From contig DASZEM010000025.1 in assembly GCA_035940855.1 (NCBI GenBank), positions 8,067-72,066 on the forward strand: 64,000 nt of DNA, in the 5' to 3' direction. The translations under genes and the position numbers were made by a program. Of this stretch, positions 54,310 through 64,000 are shown piece after piece (within the stretch, counting starts at the first letter, position 1; each line of letters starts with the position of its first letter). The stretch is from Thermoanaerobaculia bacterium (GTDB taxonomy: Bacteria; Acidobacteriota; Thermoanaerobaculia; Multivoradales; UBA5704). A model generated the notes under the pieces. The model saw nothing but the letters and a program-made list of their open reading frames with translations, was not told the origin of the DNA and did no database searches.

Positions 54310-57084
54310 ATGAATCTGCGCATTCTGCCACTTTTCCTCGCCGGCCTGCTCGGGGCCGGCGTCCTGGCCGCCTCCGGAGAGGCGGCCCGTCCTCTGAAGG
54401 AGCCGTCGCTGGACTCCCGGGAGGTCCATCTCTCGGACCTGCGCCAGCTCACCCGCGGGGGCGAGAACGCCGAGGCCTACTGGGCGCCCGGCGGCGCCGA
54501 ACTCGTCCTCCAGTCCACCCGGCCGCCCTATGTCTGCGACCAGATCTTCCGCCTGCCGGCGGACGGCTCGGGCGAGGCCCGGCTGGTGTCGACCGGCAAG
54601 GGGCGCACCACCTGCTCCTACACGGCGGCGGACGGCCGGCGCATCCTCTACTCGACCACCCACCTGTCGGGCCCCGAGTGCCCGCCCGCCCCGGACCGCT
54701 CCCAGGGCTACGTGTGGGCACTCTATCCTCAGTATGAAATCGTGAGCGTGCGGCCCGACGGCTCGGACCTCGTGCGGCTGACCGACAACCAGGCCTATGA
54801 CGCCGAGACGACCGTCTGCCCGAAAGACGGCTCGCTCCTCTTCACCTCCACCCGCGACGGCGATCTCGACCTCTACCGCATGGACGCCGACGGCAAGAAC
54901 GTCCGCCGGCTGACGGACACGCCCGGCTACGACGGCGGCGCCTTCTTCTCACCCGACTGCTCGAAGATCGTCTGGCGCGCCTCCCGGCCCCGGCAGGGCG
55001 CGGAGCTCGAGGACTACAAGCGCCTCCTGGCCCAGGGTCTCGTGCGCCCGTCCAAGCTGGAGATCTGGGTGGCCAACGCCGACAATGTCAGCGGGGGCGC
55101 CCGGCAGATCACCTACCTCGACGCCGCTTCCTTCGCCCCGTCGTTCTTCCCCTCGGGCGACCGCGTCATCTTCGCCTCCAACTACGGCGATCCCAAGGGC
55201 CGCGAGTTCGACCTGTGGGCCGTCAACGTGGACGGCACCGGCCTGGAGCGCATCACCTGGACGCCGGGCTTCGACGGCTTCCCCCTGTTCTCGCCCGACG
55301 GCAAGCGCCTGGCCTTCTCCTCCAACCGCAACCAGGGCGCGCCCGGCGAGACCAACGTCTTCGTGGCCCGTTGGGCGGGCCGCCCGGCGGCCTCCCCGGC
55401 CTCTGAGACCGCGGCGGCGGACCGCTACCTCGCCGACGTGCGCTGGCTCGCCGACGACGCCCGCGAGGGGCGGGGCATCGGCACGGCCGGGCTCGAAGAG
55501 GCCTCGAAGTGGCTGGCCGCCCGCTTCCGCGAGGCCGGCCTCGCGCCCGCGGGGGAGAACGGCGGCTACTTCCAGAGCTTCGACGTGCCCGTGGCCGTGG
55601 AGGCCGGACCGCGCACGGCCGTGGCGATCGACGGCAAGCCCCTGGAGCGCGGAGACTTCCAGCCCATCACCTTCTCGGCCAACGGCGAGGCGGCGGGCGA
55701 GGTGGTGGCGGCCGGCTACGGCATCACCGCCCCGGAGTTGGGGATCGACGACTACAAGGGCGTCGACGTCAAGGACAAGATCGTCGCCGTCCGCCGCTTC
55801 ACGCCCGGGGGCGGACCGTTCGCCAAGGAGGACGTGGAGAAGCGCTACGGCGACCTTCGCTACAAGGCCTGGAACGCCCGCGAGCACGGGGCGAAAGCCG
55901 TGATCGTGGTGGACCTGTCGCCGGAGGCGCCCGGCGACGAGGCGCCTCTCCCCACCTTCGCCCTCCACGGGAGCGAGATCCGCGGCGGAGACTCCGGCCT
56001 GCCCGTGGTGGTGCTCAAGCGCTCGGCGGGCGCGGCTCTCTTCGAGACGCTCGAGAACAGACATCAGGCCAGCCTGACGATCGACCTCGAGCACCGCACC
56101 CGGCCCACCGCGAACGTCGTGGGCGTCGTGCGGGCCGGGGCCGCGGACCGCCTCCAGGGCGCCGTGGTGGTGGGCGCCCACTACGACCACCTGGGCCGGG
56201 GCGACACGGGCTCCCTCCTTCCCGACTCCAATCAGATCCACAACGGCGCGGACGACAACGCCTCCGGCACCGCCGCCCTGCTCGAAGTGGCCCGTCGGCT
56301 GCGGGGCGAGCGGGAGCGCCTGCGGCGGGACGTCTACGTCATCGCCTTCTCGGGCGAGGAGGCGGGCGTCCTCGGCTCGACCGCCTTCACCCGCCACCCC
56401 ACGGCCGGGCTCAAGATGTCCGACGTGGCCGCCATGCTCAACATGGACATGGTGGGACGGCTCCAGGGCAACGTCCTGGCCGTGATCGGCGTCGATACGG
56501 CCCAGGAGTGGAGGAGCGTCGTGCCGCTCGCCTGTGAGCGGGAGCACCTCGCCTGCACCCTCTCGGGCGAGGGCTTCGGCCCCTCCGACCATACCCCGTT
56601 CTACGCCGCGGGGGTGCCGGTGCTCCACTTCTTCACCGGGGCCCACGACGACTACCACAAGCCCTCGGACGACGCCGACAAGATCAACGCCGCCGGGGGC
56701 GCCCGGGTGGCCGGCCTGGTGGCGGACCTCGCCCTGCAGGTCGCCGGCGGCCCCCGGCGGCTCACCTACAAGGACGCGCCGCCGCCGCCTCCACGGGGAG
56801 ACACGCGCTCCTTCGGCGCCTCGCTCGGCACCGTGCCCGACTACGCGGGCGACGGCCGGCCGGGCGTGCTCGTGGCCAGCGTGGTCCCCGGCAGCGGGGC
56901 CGCGCTGGCGGGGATCCAGCGCGGCGACCTCCTGGTGGAGCTCTCGGGCAGGCCCATCCGTGACATCCATGACCTGACGTACGTGCTCCAGCGCTCCAAG
57001 CCGGGGGCGAAGTCGACCGCCGTGGTGGACCGCGGCGGCCAGAGAGTCACCCTGGAGGTCACTTTCGGGAAGTCGAGGAGGTAG
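54310..57084 (+). CDS. Exported multidomain peptidase: TolB-like (PD40) propeller, PA, M28, PDZ
   Basis: PD40 repeats ([14 protein letters not shown]), [25 protein letters not shown] (GIQRGDLLV). Confidence 0.92.
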   Translation: MNLRILPLFLAGLLGAGVLAASGEAARPLKEPSLDSREVHLSDLRQLTRGGENAEAYWAPGGAELVLQSTRPPYVCDQIFRLPADGSGEARLVSTGKGRTTCSYTAADGRRILYSTTHLSGPECPPAPDRSQGYVWALYPQYEIVSVRPDGSDLVRLTDNQAYDAETTVCPKDGSLLFTSTRDGDLDLYRMDADGKNVRRLTDTPGYDGGAFFSPDCSKIVWRASRPRQGAELEDYKRLLAQGLVRPSKLEIWVANADNVSGGARQITYLDAASFAPSFFPSGDRVIFASNYGDPKGREFDLWAVNVDGTGLERITWTPGFDGFPLFSPDGKRLAFSSNRNQGAPGETNVFVARWAGRPAASPASETAAADRYLADVRWLADDAREGRGIGTAGLEEASKWLAARFREAGLAPAGENGGYFQSFDVPVAVEAGPRTAVAIDGKPLERGDFQPITFSANGEAAGEVVAAGYGITAPELGIDDYKGVDVKDKIVAVRRFTPGGGPFAKEDVEKRYGDLRYKAWNAREHGAKAVIVVDLSPEAPGDEAPLPTFALHGSEIRGGDSGLPVVVLKRSAGAALFETLENRHQASLTIDLEHRTRPTANVVGVVRAGAADRLQGAVVVGAHYDHLGRGDTGSLLPDSNQIHNGADDNASGTAALLEVARRLRGERERLRRDVYVIAFSGEEAGVLGSTAFTRHPTAGLKMSDVAAMLNMDMVGRLQGNVLAVIGVDTAQEWRSVVPLACEREHLACTLSGEGFGPSDHTPFYAAGVPVLHFFTGAHDDYHKPSDDADKINAAGGARVAGLVADLALQVAGGPRRLTYKDAPPPPPRGDTRSFGASLGTVPDYAGDGRPGVLVASVVPGSGAALAGIQRGDLLVELSGRPIRDIHDLTYVLQRSKPGAKSTAVVDRGGQRVTLEVTFGKSRR

Positions 57085-57090
57085 AACGCC

Positions 57091-58932
57091 ATGCGGAAAC
57101 CGATGCTGTTGCTCGCGATGCTCTTGCTGGCCAACGCCACGGTCCCTGCCAGGGCCGCCGTCGCTCCAGACCTCGCCGAGTACGCCCGCAGGTTCGAGCA
57201 GTTCCCCGCGACCCAGGGACAGGGGAGCGAGAGCGAGCGGCTCCGGAAGCTGTTCGACCTCTCCTGGGAGTACGCCATGCACTCCTCGCCGGAGCTCGCC
57301 ACCTACATCGGCTACCCGGGCCTGAACGGCCGCTGGTCCGACTCCTCCTTCGAGTCGATCGAATTCGGCCGCGCCACCGCCCGCAAGATCCGGGAGGCCC
57401 TCCTGTCCGTCGGCCGCGCGAAGCTCACGCCGGCCGAGCAGGTCAACTACGACCTCGCCCGCCGCAGGCTCGATCGGCAGATCGAAGGCGACCGCTTCCA
57501 CGGCGAGTACCTGGTGATCAACCAGGTGACCGGCATCCAGCAGGGGATCCCCCAGATGCTCGCCCTCATGCCCGCGGACGGCGTCCAGGGCTACGAGGAC
57601 ATCCTCTCCCGCCTGCGCGGCATCCCCACCGTGGTCGACCAGACGATCGCCCTGCTCGACCGGGGTTTGAAGGAAGGGATCACGCCGCCCCGCGTCACCC
57701 TGCGCGACGTGCCCGCCCAGGTGGGCAACCTGCTGGTGGACGACCCCATGAAGAGCCCCATGCTCCGGGCCTTCCAGAAGTTTCCGGCCGCCGTTGCGGC
57801 CGCCGAGCAGGAGCGCCTCAAGGCCGAGGCCGTCCGCGTCTTCAACGAGCAGGCCGTCCCCGCCTTCCGCAAGCTCCAGAGCTACCTCGCCAACACCTAC
57901 CTGCCCGCCGCCCGGGACTCGATCGCCATGAGCGACCTGCCCGACGGCAAGGCCTGGTACGCCTACAACGTGCGCAACCAGACGACGACCGATCTCACGC
58001 CCGAGCAGATCCACCAGATCGGCCTGGCCGAGGTGGCGCGCATCCGCAAGCAGATGGACGAGCTGATCGCCGCGACGGGTTTTGCGGGGAGCTTCCAGGA
58101 GTTCCTGACCTTCCTGCGCACCGATCCCCGCTTCTTCTACGACAAGCCGGAGGACCTCCTGGCCGGCTATCGGGACATCGCGAAGCGCATCGATCCCGAG
58201 CTCGTGAAGCTCTTCGGCAAGCTGCCGCGCCTGCCCTACGGCGTCATCCCCGTGCCGTCGTACGCCGAGAAGTCGCAGACCACGGCGTACTACGACGCCG
58301 GCTCGCTCGCCGCCGGCCGGCCCGGGTACTTCTACGCCAACACCTACGACCTCAAGTCGCGCCCCAAGTGGGAGATGGAGGCCTTGACCGCCCACGAGGC
58401 CGTGCCGGGCCACCACCTCCAGATCTCCCTCGTCCAGGAGCTCGAGGGTGTCCCCCAGTGGCGCCGGTACGACGACTACACGGCCTTTTCCGAGGGCTGG
58501 GGCCTCTACGCCGAGAGCCTGGGCGACGAGATCGGCCTCTACAAGGACCCCTACTCCAAGTTCGGCCAGCTCACCTATGAGATGTGGCGGGCCGTCCGCC
58601 TGGTGGTGGACACGGGCATGCACGCCAAGGGCTGGACGCGCCAGCAGGCGATCGACTATTTCAAGGCCAACGCCGGCAAGACCGAGCACGACATCGAAGT
58701 CGAGGTGGACCGCTACATCGTCTGGCCCGGCCAGGCCCTGGCCTACAAGCTCGGCGAGCTCAAGATCAAGGAGCTGCGCGCCTACGCGGAAAGGGAGCTG
58801 GGGCCGAAGTTCGACCTCCGCGCCTTCCACGACCACGTGCTGGGCAGCGGCGCCCTGCCGCTCGACCTGCTGGAGAAGAACGTCAAGGCCTGGGTCGGGG
58901 GACAGAGAGCGGAAGAGAAGGGCAAGGGGTAG
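57091..58932 (+). CDS. DUF885 family protein
   Basis: [48 protein letters not shown]. Confidence 0.93.
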   Translation: MRKPMLLLAMLLLANATVPARAAVAPDLAEYARRFEQFPATQGQGSESERLRKLFDLSWEYAMHSSPELATYIGYPGLNGRWSDSSFESIEFGRATARKIREALLSVGRAKLTPAEQVNYDLARRRLDRQIEGDRFHGEYLVINQVTGIQQGIPQMLALMPADGVQGYEDILSRLRGIPTVVDQTIALLDRGLKEGITPPRVTLRDVPAQVGNLLVDDPMKSPMLRAFQKFPAAVAAAEQERLKAEAVRVFNEQAVPAFRKLQSYLANTYLPAARDSIAMSDLPDGKAWYAYNVRNQTTTDLTPEQIHQIGLAEVARIRKQMDELIAATGFAGSFQEFLTFLRTDPRFFYDKPEDLLAGYRDIAKRIDPELVKLFGKLPRLPYGVIPVPSYAEKSQTTAYYDAGSLAAGRPGYFYANTYDLKSRPKWEMEALTAHEAVPGHHLQISLVQELEGVPQWRRYDDYTAFSEGWGLYAESLGDEIGLYKDPYSKFGQLTYEMWRAVRLVVDTGMHAKGWTRQQAIDYFKANAGKTEHDIEVEVDRYIVWPGQALAYKLGELKIKELRAYAERELGPKFDLRAFHDHVLGSGALPLDLLEKNVKAWVGGQRAEEKGKG

Positions 58933-58940
58933 GCCATGAA

Positions 58941-59018
58941 GCCGGCTACCGCGACATCGCGAAGCGCATCGATCCGGAGCTCGTGAAGCTCTTCGGCCGG
59001 CTGCCGCGGCTCCCCTAC
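58941..59018 (+). pseudogene. 78-bp diverged copy of an internal DUF885 segment (58162..58239)
   Basis: Encodes [26 protein letters not shown]; 7 mismatches to the internal copy. Confidence 0.85.
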
Positions 59019-59130
59019 CGCGCCCGGGCGATGGCGGACCGTGCCCGGGCCTCGCCCGCCTCGGTGATCGCGGTTGCGATGGCGATGGGGAGACGCTGAT
59101 CGCCTTGGCGCTGGCCGATCTATAGATCCC

Positions 59131-59146
59131 TGGCAATGGGATTGCA
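59131..59146 (+). promoter_or_regulatory. Sigma54 (-24/-12) promoter
   Basis: TGGCAA-TGGGA-TTGCA about 60 bp upstream of the OMP start. Confidence 0.65.
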
Positions 59147-59208
59147 AGAACGGCCGGAAGAAGGCTCCCGAAGCTGTCGGGGAGACCTTTCCTTGAAGGA
59201 GGAACGCC

Positions 59209-59709
59209 ATGTGGAAGACGACAGGACGAGCGGTGTGGCTTCTCACCGTGGCCAGCCTTTTCCTGATCCCCGCGACCGCCCAGGCGCAGATCGACTTCGG
59301 CGTGCGCGGCGGGTTCTACAGTGACGCCGACGCCGGCTTCCTCGGCGCCGAGCTGCTGACGCCGCTCCCGATCTTCAGCCGGGGTTGGTTCTTCAATCCG
59401 AACTTCGAGTACGTCTTCGTGGACGACGGACACCTCTACACCCTCAACCTCGACGCCCACTACGACCTGCGCACGGGCGCCCCGTACAACGTCTGGCTGG
59501 GCGGCGGCCCGGCCGTGATCTTCTCCGGGTTCGACGCGCCGGCCGGCTGCCGCCGGTGCGAGTCGGACGACGAGACCAACCTCGGCCTCAACCTGCTCGC
59601 CGGGCTCGGCATCTGGCCGCGCAACCCCATCCGCCCCTACGTGCAGGGCAAGGTCACGCTCTCGGACAACACCGAGGCGTCGATCGCGTTCGGTCTGCGG
59701 TTCCACTGA
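59209..59709 (+). CDS. Small outer-membrane beta-barrel protein
   Basis: AAGGAGG RBS, signal peptide, alternating strands, C-terminal GLRFH; CRRC in a loop. Confidence 0.85.
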   Translation: MWKTTGRAVWLLTVASLFLIPATAQAQIDFGVRGGFYSDADAGFLGAELLTPLPIFSRGWFFNPNFEYVFVDDGHLYTLNLDAHYDLRTGAPYNVWLGGGPAVIFSGFDAPAGCRRCESDDETNLGLNLLAGLGIWPRNPIRPYVQGKVTLSDNTEASIAFGLRFH

Positions 59710-59763
59710 GCCCCGGCAGACCTTCCCGAATCCGGCCTGCTTGCCGCGTCGACGTCACCCCTG

Positions 59764-59796
59764 CCCCTCTTCCTGAAGGAGAGGGGTTTTGTTTTG
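59764..59796 (+). terminator. Rho-independent terminator
   Basis: CCCCTCTTCC-TGAA-GGAGAGGGG hairpin followed by TTTTGTTTTG. Confidence 0.7.
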
Positions 59797-59921
59797 TCGT
59801 AGAGGAAGGGAACCGTCCGCCTCCCGCGTCGTCTAAGATAGCCAGGGAGAGTCGCGGGACGGGGTGAAACGTTTTCGGCCTACCCGGCGTTATAGGTATG
59901 GACAGGACTGAGATGGGACCT

Positions 59922-60131
59922 ATGTATCCTGAAATCCGGGTTTCCCTGCGCAGCCGAAACCGTTTCGCCCTCGTGAGCGCCATCCGCTACGGCCTGCGCC
60001 GGGCGGGCAAACCCCACGCCGAGATCGAGCGCTTCAGCCAGGAGGCCCTCGCGACCCAGGATCCCGGCCGCTTCGAGGAGCTTTGCGGCCAGTGGGTGCG
60101 TCTCGAGGGCGCGCCTCCGGCGCGGGACTGA
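59922..60131 (+). CDS. Small hypothetical protein (69 aa)
   Basis: MYPEIRVSL...FALVSAIRYGLRRAG...EIERFSQEAL...WV; fills gap before qor. Confidence 0.6.
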   Translation: MYPEIRVSLRSRNRFALVSAIRYGLRRAGKPHAEIERFSQEALATQDPGRFEELCGQWVRLEGAPPARD

Positions 60132-60182
60132 CGAACCCCCCTCCTTGCGATAACCTTTCCTCTTCCGCGAGGAGGGGAGATC

Positions 60183-61163
60183 GTGAAAGCCATTCGCATC
60201 CACAACCTGGGCGGTCCCGAGGTTCTCACCTGGGAGGACGTGCCCGATCCGGAGCCCGGGCCGGGCCAGGCGCTGGTGCGCGTCGAGGCCGCCGGGGTCA
60301 ACTTCATCGACGTCTACATCCGCACGGGCCTCTACAAGGGGCCGGAGCTGCCCTTCATCCCCGGCCAGGAGGCGGCCGGCACCGTGGCGGCCGTGGGGCC
60401 TGGGGTTGCGGATCTCGCGGAGGTCTCGGTGGGCGACCGGGTGGCCTACACGGGCGTCCATGGCGCCTATGCCGAGCTGGCGGCCGTGCCGGCCGACCGG
60501 CTGGTGAAGCTGCCGGACGGCGTTGCCACCCGGGACGGCGCCGCCGCCATGCTCCAGGGGATGACGGCCCACTACCTCACGCACAGCACCTATCCCCTGA
60601 AGCCGGGCGACACCTGCCTCGTCCACGCGGCGGCGGGCGGCGCGGGCCGGCTCATCTGCCAGATCGCCAAGCTGCGAGGCGCCCGGGTGATCGGCACCGC
60701 TTCGACCCCCGAGAAGGAGCGCATCGCCCGCGAAGCCGGGGCGGACGAGGTCATCAACTACACCCGGCAGGACTTCGCGGCCGAGGCGAAGCGCCTGACC
60801 GGCGGCAAGGGCGTCCAGGTCGTCTACGACAGCGTCGGCAAGGACACCTTCGACAAGAGCCTGGACTCCCTCGCGCCGAGGGGCACCCTGGTGACCTTCG
60901 GCCAGTCGAGCGGACTGGTGCCGCCCGTCGACGTCCGGACCCTCAACGCCAAGGGCTCGCTCTACCTGACCCGCCCCTCTCTCCACCACTACGTCCACCT
61001 CCGCGAGGAGCTGGTGGAGCGGGCGGGGGACGTCCTCGGCTGGATCGCCGAAGGGAAGCTCCGGCTGCACATCGGTCTCGAGCTGCCCCTGGCCGAAGCC
61101 GCCGAGGCCCACCGGGCCCTGGAGGGGCGGCGGACGACGGGGAAGGTGCTCCTCGTGACGTAG
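60183..61163 (+). CDS. qor: NADPH:quinone oxidoreductase (zeta-crystallin/Qor)
   Basis: GVNFID, PG.EAAG, TAHYL, HAAAGGAG, VYDSVG, FGQSSG, TTGKVLL. Confidence 0.93.
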   Translation: MKAIRIHNLGGPEVLTWEDVPDPEPGPGQALVRVEAAGVNFIDVYIRTGLYKGPELPFIPGQEAAGTVAAVGPGVADLAEVSVGDRVAYTGVHGAYAELAAVPADRLVKLPDGVATRDGAAAMLQGMTAHYLTHSTYPLKPGDTCLVHAAAGGAGRLICQIAKLRGARVIGTASTPEKERIAREAGADEVINYTRQDFAAEAKRLTGGKGVQVVYDSVGKDTFDKSLDSLAPRGTLVTFGQSSGLVPPVDVRTLNAKGSLYLTRPSLHHYVHLREELVERAGDVLGWIAEGKLRLHIGLELPLAEAAEAHRALEGRRTTGKVLLVT

Positions 61164-61312
61164 GAAAAGATTTTTCAAGAAATCCGTCCTGGGCTGTCCC
61201 GCTTTGGGGTCTCTCGCGCACCCTTCTGCCGTAGCACTTCATTGCTGTTCACATGGCGGCCTCCCGGCTGCTTTATTTCGGAGCGCTTTGTCGCTTCAGG
61301 GGGAGAAAATCC

Positions 61313-62986
61313 GTGAAACAGGAAACGTATGACGTTGCCGTGCTCGGTTCGGGCATCGCCGGCGCCACGCTGTCGGCCATCCTTGGACGCCAGGGTTTCC
61401 GCGTGCTGCTGCTCGAGAAGGGCACCCATCCGCGCTTCGCCGTCGGCGAGGCCATGCAGCCGCAGAGCTCGATGCTGATGTGGATGCTCGGCAAACGGTT
61501 CGACGTGCCGGAGATCGAGCACATCAGCAGCACCGAGAAGATCCTCAAGCACGTCACGCGCAACTGCGGGGTCAAGAAGACCTTCGGCTTCCTCTACCAC
61601 GAGGAGGGAAAGAAGCAGGACCCGAACCAGGGGCACCTGCTGATCCCGCCCCAAACCCCGCTGGTCTCTGAAAGCCACCTGTTCCGGCAGGACATTGACC
61701 ACTACCTGGTCAAGGCGGCCATCAAGTACGGCGCCGACTACCGTGACCGGACCGACGTGGAGGACTTCGAGATCAACGACGACGGCGTCGTCCTGCGCAC
61801 CTCCACCGGCGAAGAGTTCCACGCCCGCTACCTCGTGGACGGCACCGGCCACAAGTCGGTGGTCGCCAACAAGTTCGGCCTGCGCCCGGCGGTGCCGGAC
61901 CTGCGCACCCAGTCGCGGACCATCTTCACCCACATGAAGGGGTTCCGGCGGTGGGATGATTCGATTCCGCCGGAGGATCGGCCGGTAGGCCTGTCGCGCG
62001 GGTATTACGAGGGCACGCTGCATCACATGATCGACGGCGGCTGGTTCTGGATCATCCGCTTCGACAACGTGCCGGGCTCCGAGAGCGACATCACCAGCAT
62101 CGGCGTGACCGTCGACATGCGGAAGTACCCGAAGCGGAACGACATCACTCCCGAGGAGGAGTTCTGGGAGATCGTGTCCAAGTACCCGAGCATCGTCGAG
62201 CACCTCAAGGGCGGCGTGGCGGTGCGGCCCTGGGTCGGGACGGACCGGCTGCAGTTCTCGGCTACGGACAGCGTGGGCCCCCGCTGCTTCCTCATGTCCC
62301 ACGCCCACGGCTTCATCGACGCCCTCTATTCGCGCGGCATGATCAACACCTTCGAGCAGATCCACGCCCTGGCGCCCCGCCTCATCCAGGCGCTCCAGGA
62401 CGACGACTTCTCGCCCGAGCGTTTCGACTATCCGCGGCGGCTCCAGCAGTCGATGATCAAGGACAACGACCGGATGGTGTTCAACTCCTTCCGCTCCTTC
62501 GCCACCTTCGACACCTGGAACGCCTGGCTGCGGCTCTGGCTGGTGAACATCATCTTCGGCGACCTGCGCATGTTCCGGGTCTGCCTCAGGTACCTCGCGT
62601 CGGGAGACGTGGCCGATCTCGCGGCCCTGGAGGACGATCCGCTGCCGCTCAGCACCGCCCCCGGGGAATGCCTGATGGAGGACCTCTACCGGTTCGGCGA
62701 CGCGACGTTCGACCGCTGGGAGGCCGGCGAGATCTCCGCCCAGGAGGCGGCGGCCCTCATCTTCCAGAAGCTCGGCGAGGCCAACCTGCCCCCCATCCAT
62801 CCCTGGGGAGACCCTGAGGCGCGCCACCTCGACTTCCTGCCCGAGAAGCTCGGGCAGATGGTCGGCTGGGGCATGACCGCGGCGCCGCCCTCGATCGCCC
62901 GCTGGTTCGACTTCGATCCGTCGGTGCTCGCCAAGCTGCCCCCGCAGCCGGTGCTGGAGCCGGAGCCGGCGTTGGCGGTCGCCTAG
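61313..62986 (+). CDS. PrnC-like flavin-dependent halogenase
   Basis: GSGIAG, HPRFAVGE, CGVKKTFGF, EGTLHHM.DGGWFWII, TDRLQFS, HGFIDALYSRG, DDDFSPERF resemble PrnC; GTG start. Confidence 0.85.
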   Translation: MKQETYDVAVLGSGIAGATLSAILGRQGFRVLLLEKGTHPRFAVGEAMQPQSSMLMWMLGKRFDVPEIEHISSTEKILKHVTRNCGVKKTFGFLYHEEGKKQDPNQGHLLIPPQTPLVSESHLFRQDIDHYLVKAAIKYGADYRDRTDVEDFEINDDGVVLRTSTGEEFHARYLVDGTGHKSVVANKFGLRPAVPDLRTQSRTIFTHMKGFRRWDDSIPPEDRPVGLSRGYYEGTLHHMIDGGWFWIIRFDNVPGSESDITSIGVTVDMRKYPKRNDITPEEEFWEIVSKYPSIVEHLKGGVAVRPWVGTDRLQFSATDSVGPRCFLMSHAHGFIDALYSRGMINTFEQIHALAPRLIQALQDDDFSPERFDYPRRLQQSMIKDNDRMVFNSFRSFATFDTWNAWLRLWLVNIIFGDLRMFRVCLRYLASGDVADLAALEDDPLPLSTAPGECLMEDLYRFGDATFDRWEAGEISAQEAAALIFQKLGEANLPPIHPWGDPEARHLDFLPEKLGQMVGWGMTAAPPSIARWFDFDPSVLAKLPPQPVLEPEPALAVA

Positions 62987-64000
62987 ATCACCCGCTCGTT
63001 CCCTCCGTCCACCGGAATCGAGGCCCCCGTTGTCTTCGCGAAACGGGGGCCGCACAGCTCCGCGGCCAGCTCCGCCACGTCGCGGCTCGTCACTTCGACC
63101 CCCATCACGTTGTTGCGCCGGTACTCCTCGACGGTGAGGCCGTAGGCGGCGGCCCGGGAGGCGAGGACCTCGTCCGTCCAGACGCCGGTGTCGAAGACGG
63201 CGTTGGGATGGAGGACGTTGATCCGGATGCCGTCCTTGCCCCATTCCAGGGCCGCCACGCGGGCGAGCTGGGTGAGGGCGGCCTTGGAGGCCGAGTAGGC
63301 GGCGGCCCCCGGCCCCGGGGCGAGGACGTTCTTGGAGCCGATCACCACCACCCGCCCGCCGGCCGGCGCGAGCTTCAGGAGGGGATGGCAGAGGCGCATC
63401 AGCAGGAGGTTGGCGTCGAGGTTGACCCGCATCACCCGGTCCCACTCCTCGAGGGAGAGCTCCGCGATCTTCCGGGCGGCCGGGAAGATGCCGGCGTTCA
63501 GGATCAGCAGGTCCAGCCCGCCGAAGGCGGCCACGGCCCTGCCGAGGGCCTCCGCCACGTCGTCTTCCACGGTGACGTCACAGGGCAGCCCGAGGAAGTC
63601 GCGGCGGGGGAGGCGGCCCGCGATCCCGGGATCGACGTCCAGCCCCACCACGGCCGCGCCCCGGGCGAGCAGCGCCTCGGCGCAGGCGCGGCCGATCCCC
63701 GAGGCGGCCCCGGTGACCAGGGCCACCTCGCCCGCGAAGACCGGGGGCTTGCCGGCCTTGGCGAGCTTGGCCTGCTCCAGGTCCCAGTACTCCATGTCGA
63801 ACAGCTCGCGGGAAGAGAGCGCCCGCCAGCCGCCCAGGCGCTCGGCGCGCTCGATGGCGTCCATCGTGTGCCGGTAGATCTCCGCCGAGATGGCCGCGTC
63901 CTTCACCGTGCGTCCCGCGGTCGCGAGACCCAACGCCGGATCGAGGACGACGCGGGGAGCCGGATCGAGCATCGTTTTGGATCGCGATGCTTGAGCCTCG
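62983..64000 (-). CDS. Bifunctional class II aldolase/short-chain dehydrogenase (C-terminal part; 5' end outside window)
   Basis: ELFDMEYWDLEQAKL, VTGAASGIG, NAG, YSASK, GIRIN, DGGNERVI. Confidence 0.92.
   Translation of the reverse strand, partial: EAQASRSKTMLDPAPRVVLDPALGLATAGRTVKDAAISAEIYRHTMDAIERAERLGGWRALSSRELFDMEYWDLEQAKLAKAGKPPVFAGEVALVTGAASGIGRACAEALLARGAAVVGLDVDPGIAGRLPRRDFLGLPCDVTVEDDVAEALGRAVAAFGGLDLLILNAGIFPAARKIAELSLEEWDRVMRVNLDANLLLMRLCHPLLKLAPAGGRVVVIGSKNVLAPGPGAAAYSASKAALTQLARVAALEWGKDGIRINVLHPNAVFDTGVWTDEVLASRAAAYGLTVEEYRRNNVMGVEVTSRDVAELAAELCGPRFAKTTGASIPVDGGNERVI

Overview
High-GC bacterial chromosomal window; gene content suggests an Acidobacteriota (Thermoanaerobaculia-like) or similar soil organism, which is inference only. 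It carries peptidases, an eroded Pnkp/Hen1 RNA-repair pair, a metal-uptake operon preceded by a CxxC/RAPP leader, tRNA-Pro(CGG), a Wsp-like chemosensory operon with diguanylate cyclase output, AmrB/AmrA, a MacAB-like exporter interrupted by an antisense nucleotidyltransferase pair, a porin/cupredoxin/Ser-Thr kinase/HD-GYP/FHA-cyclase signalling cluster, an S1-domain protein and an orphan PrnC-like halogenase. The standout is an uncalled 29-aa ORF (15455..15544, minus strand, MAKIARAVLTALAVRRRDREYWWYFYHHI) with a perfect Shine-Dalgarno. It lies between two atypical cytochrome P450 genes and next to a SAM methyltransferase: a candidate new P450-crosslinked aromatic RiPP cluster. All family assignments come from motifs read by eye and recalled family consensus; no database search was run.
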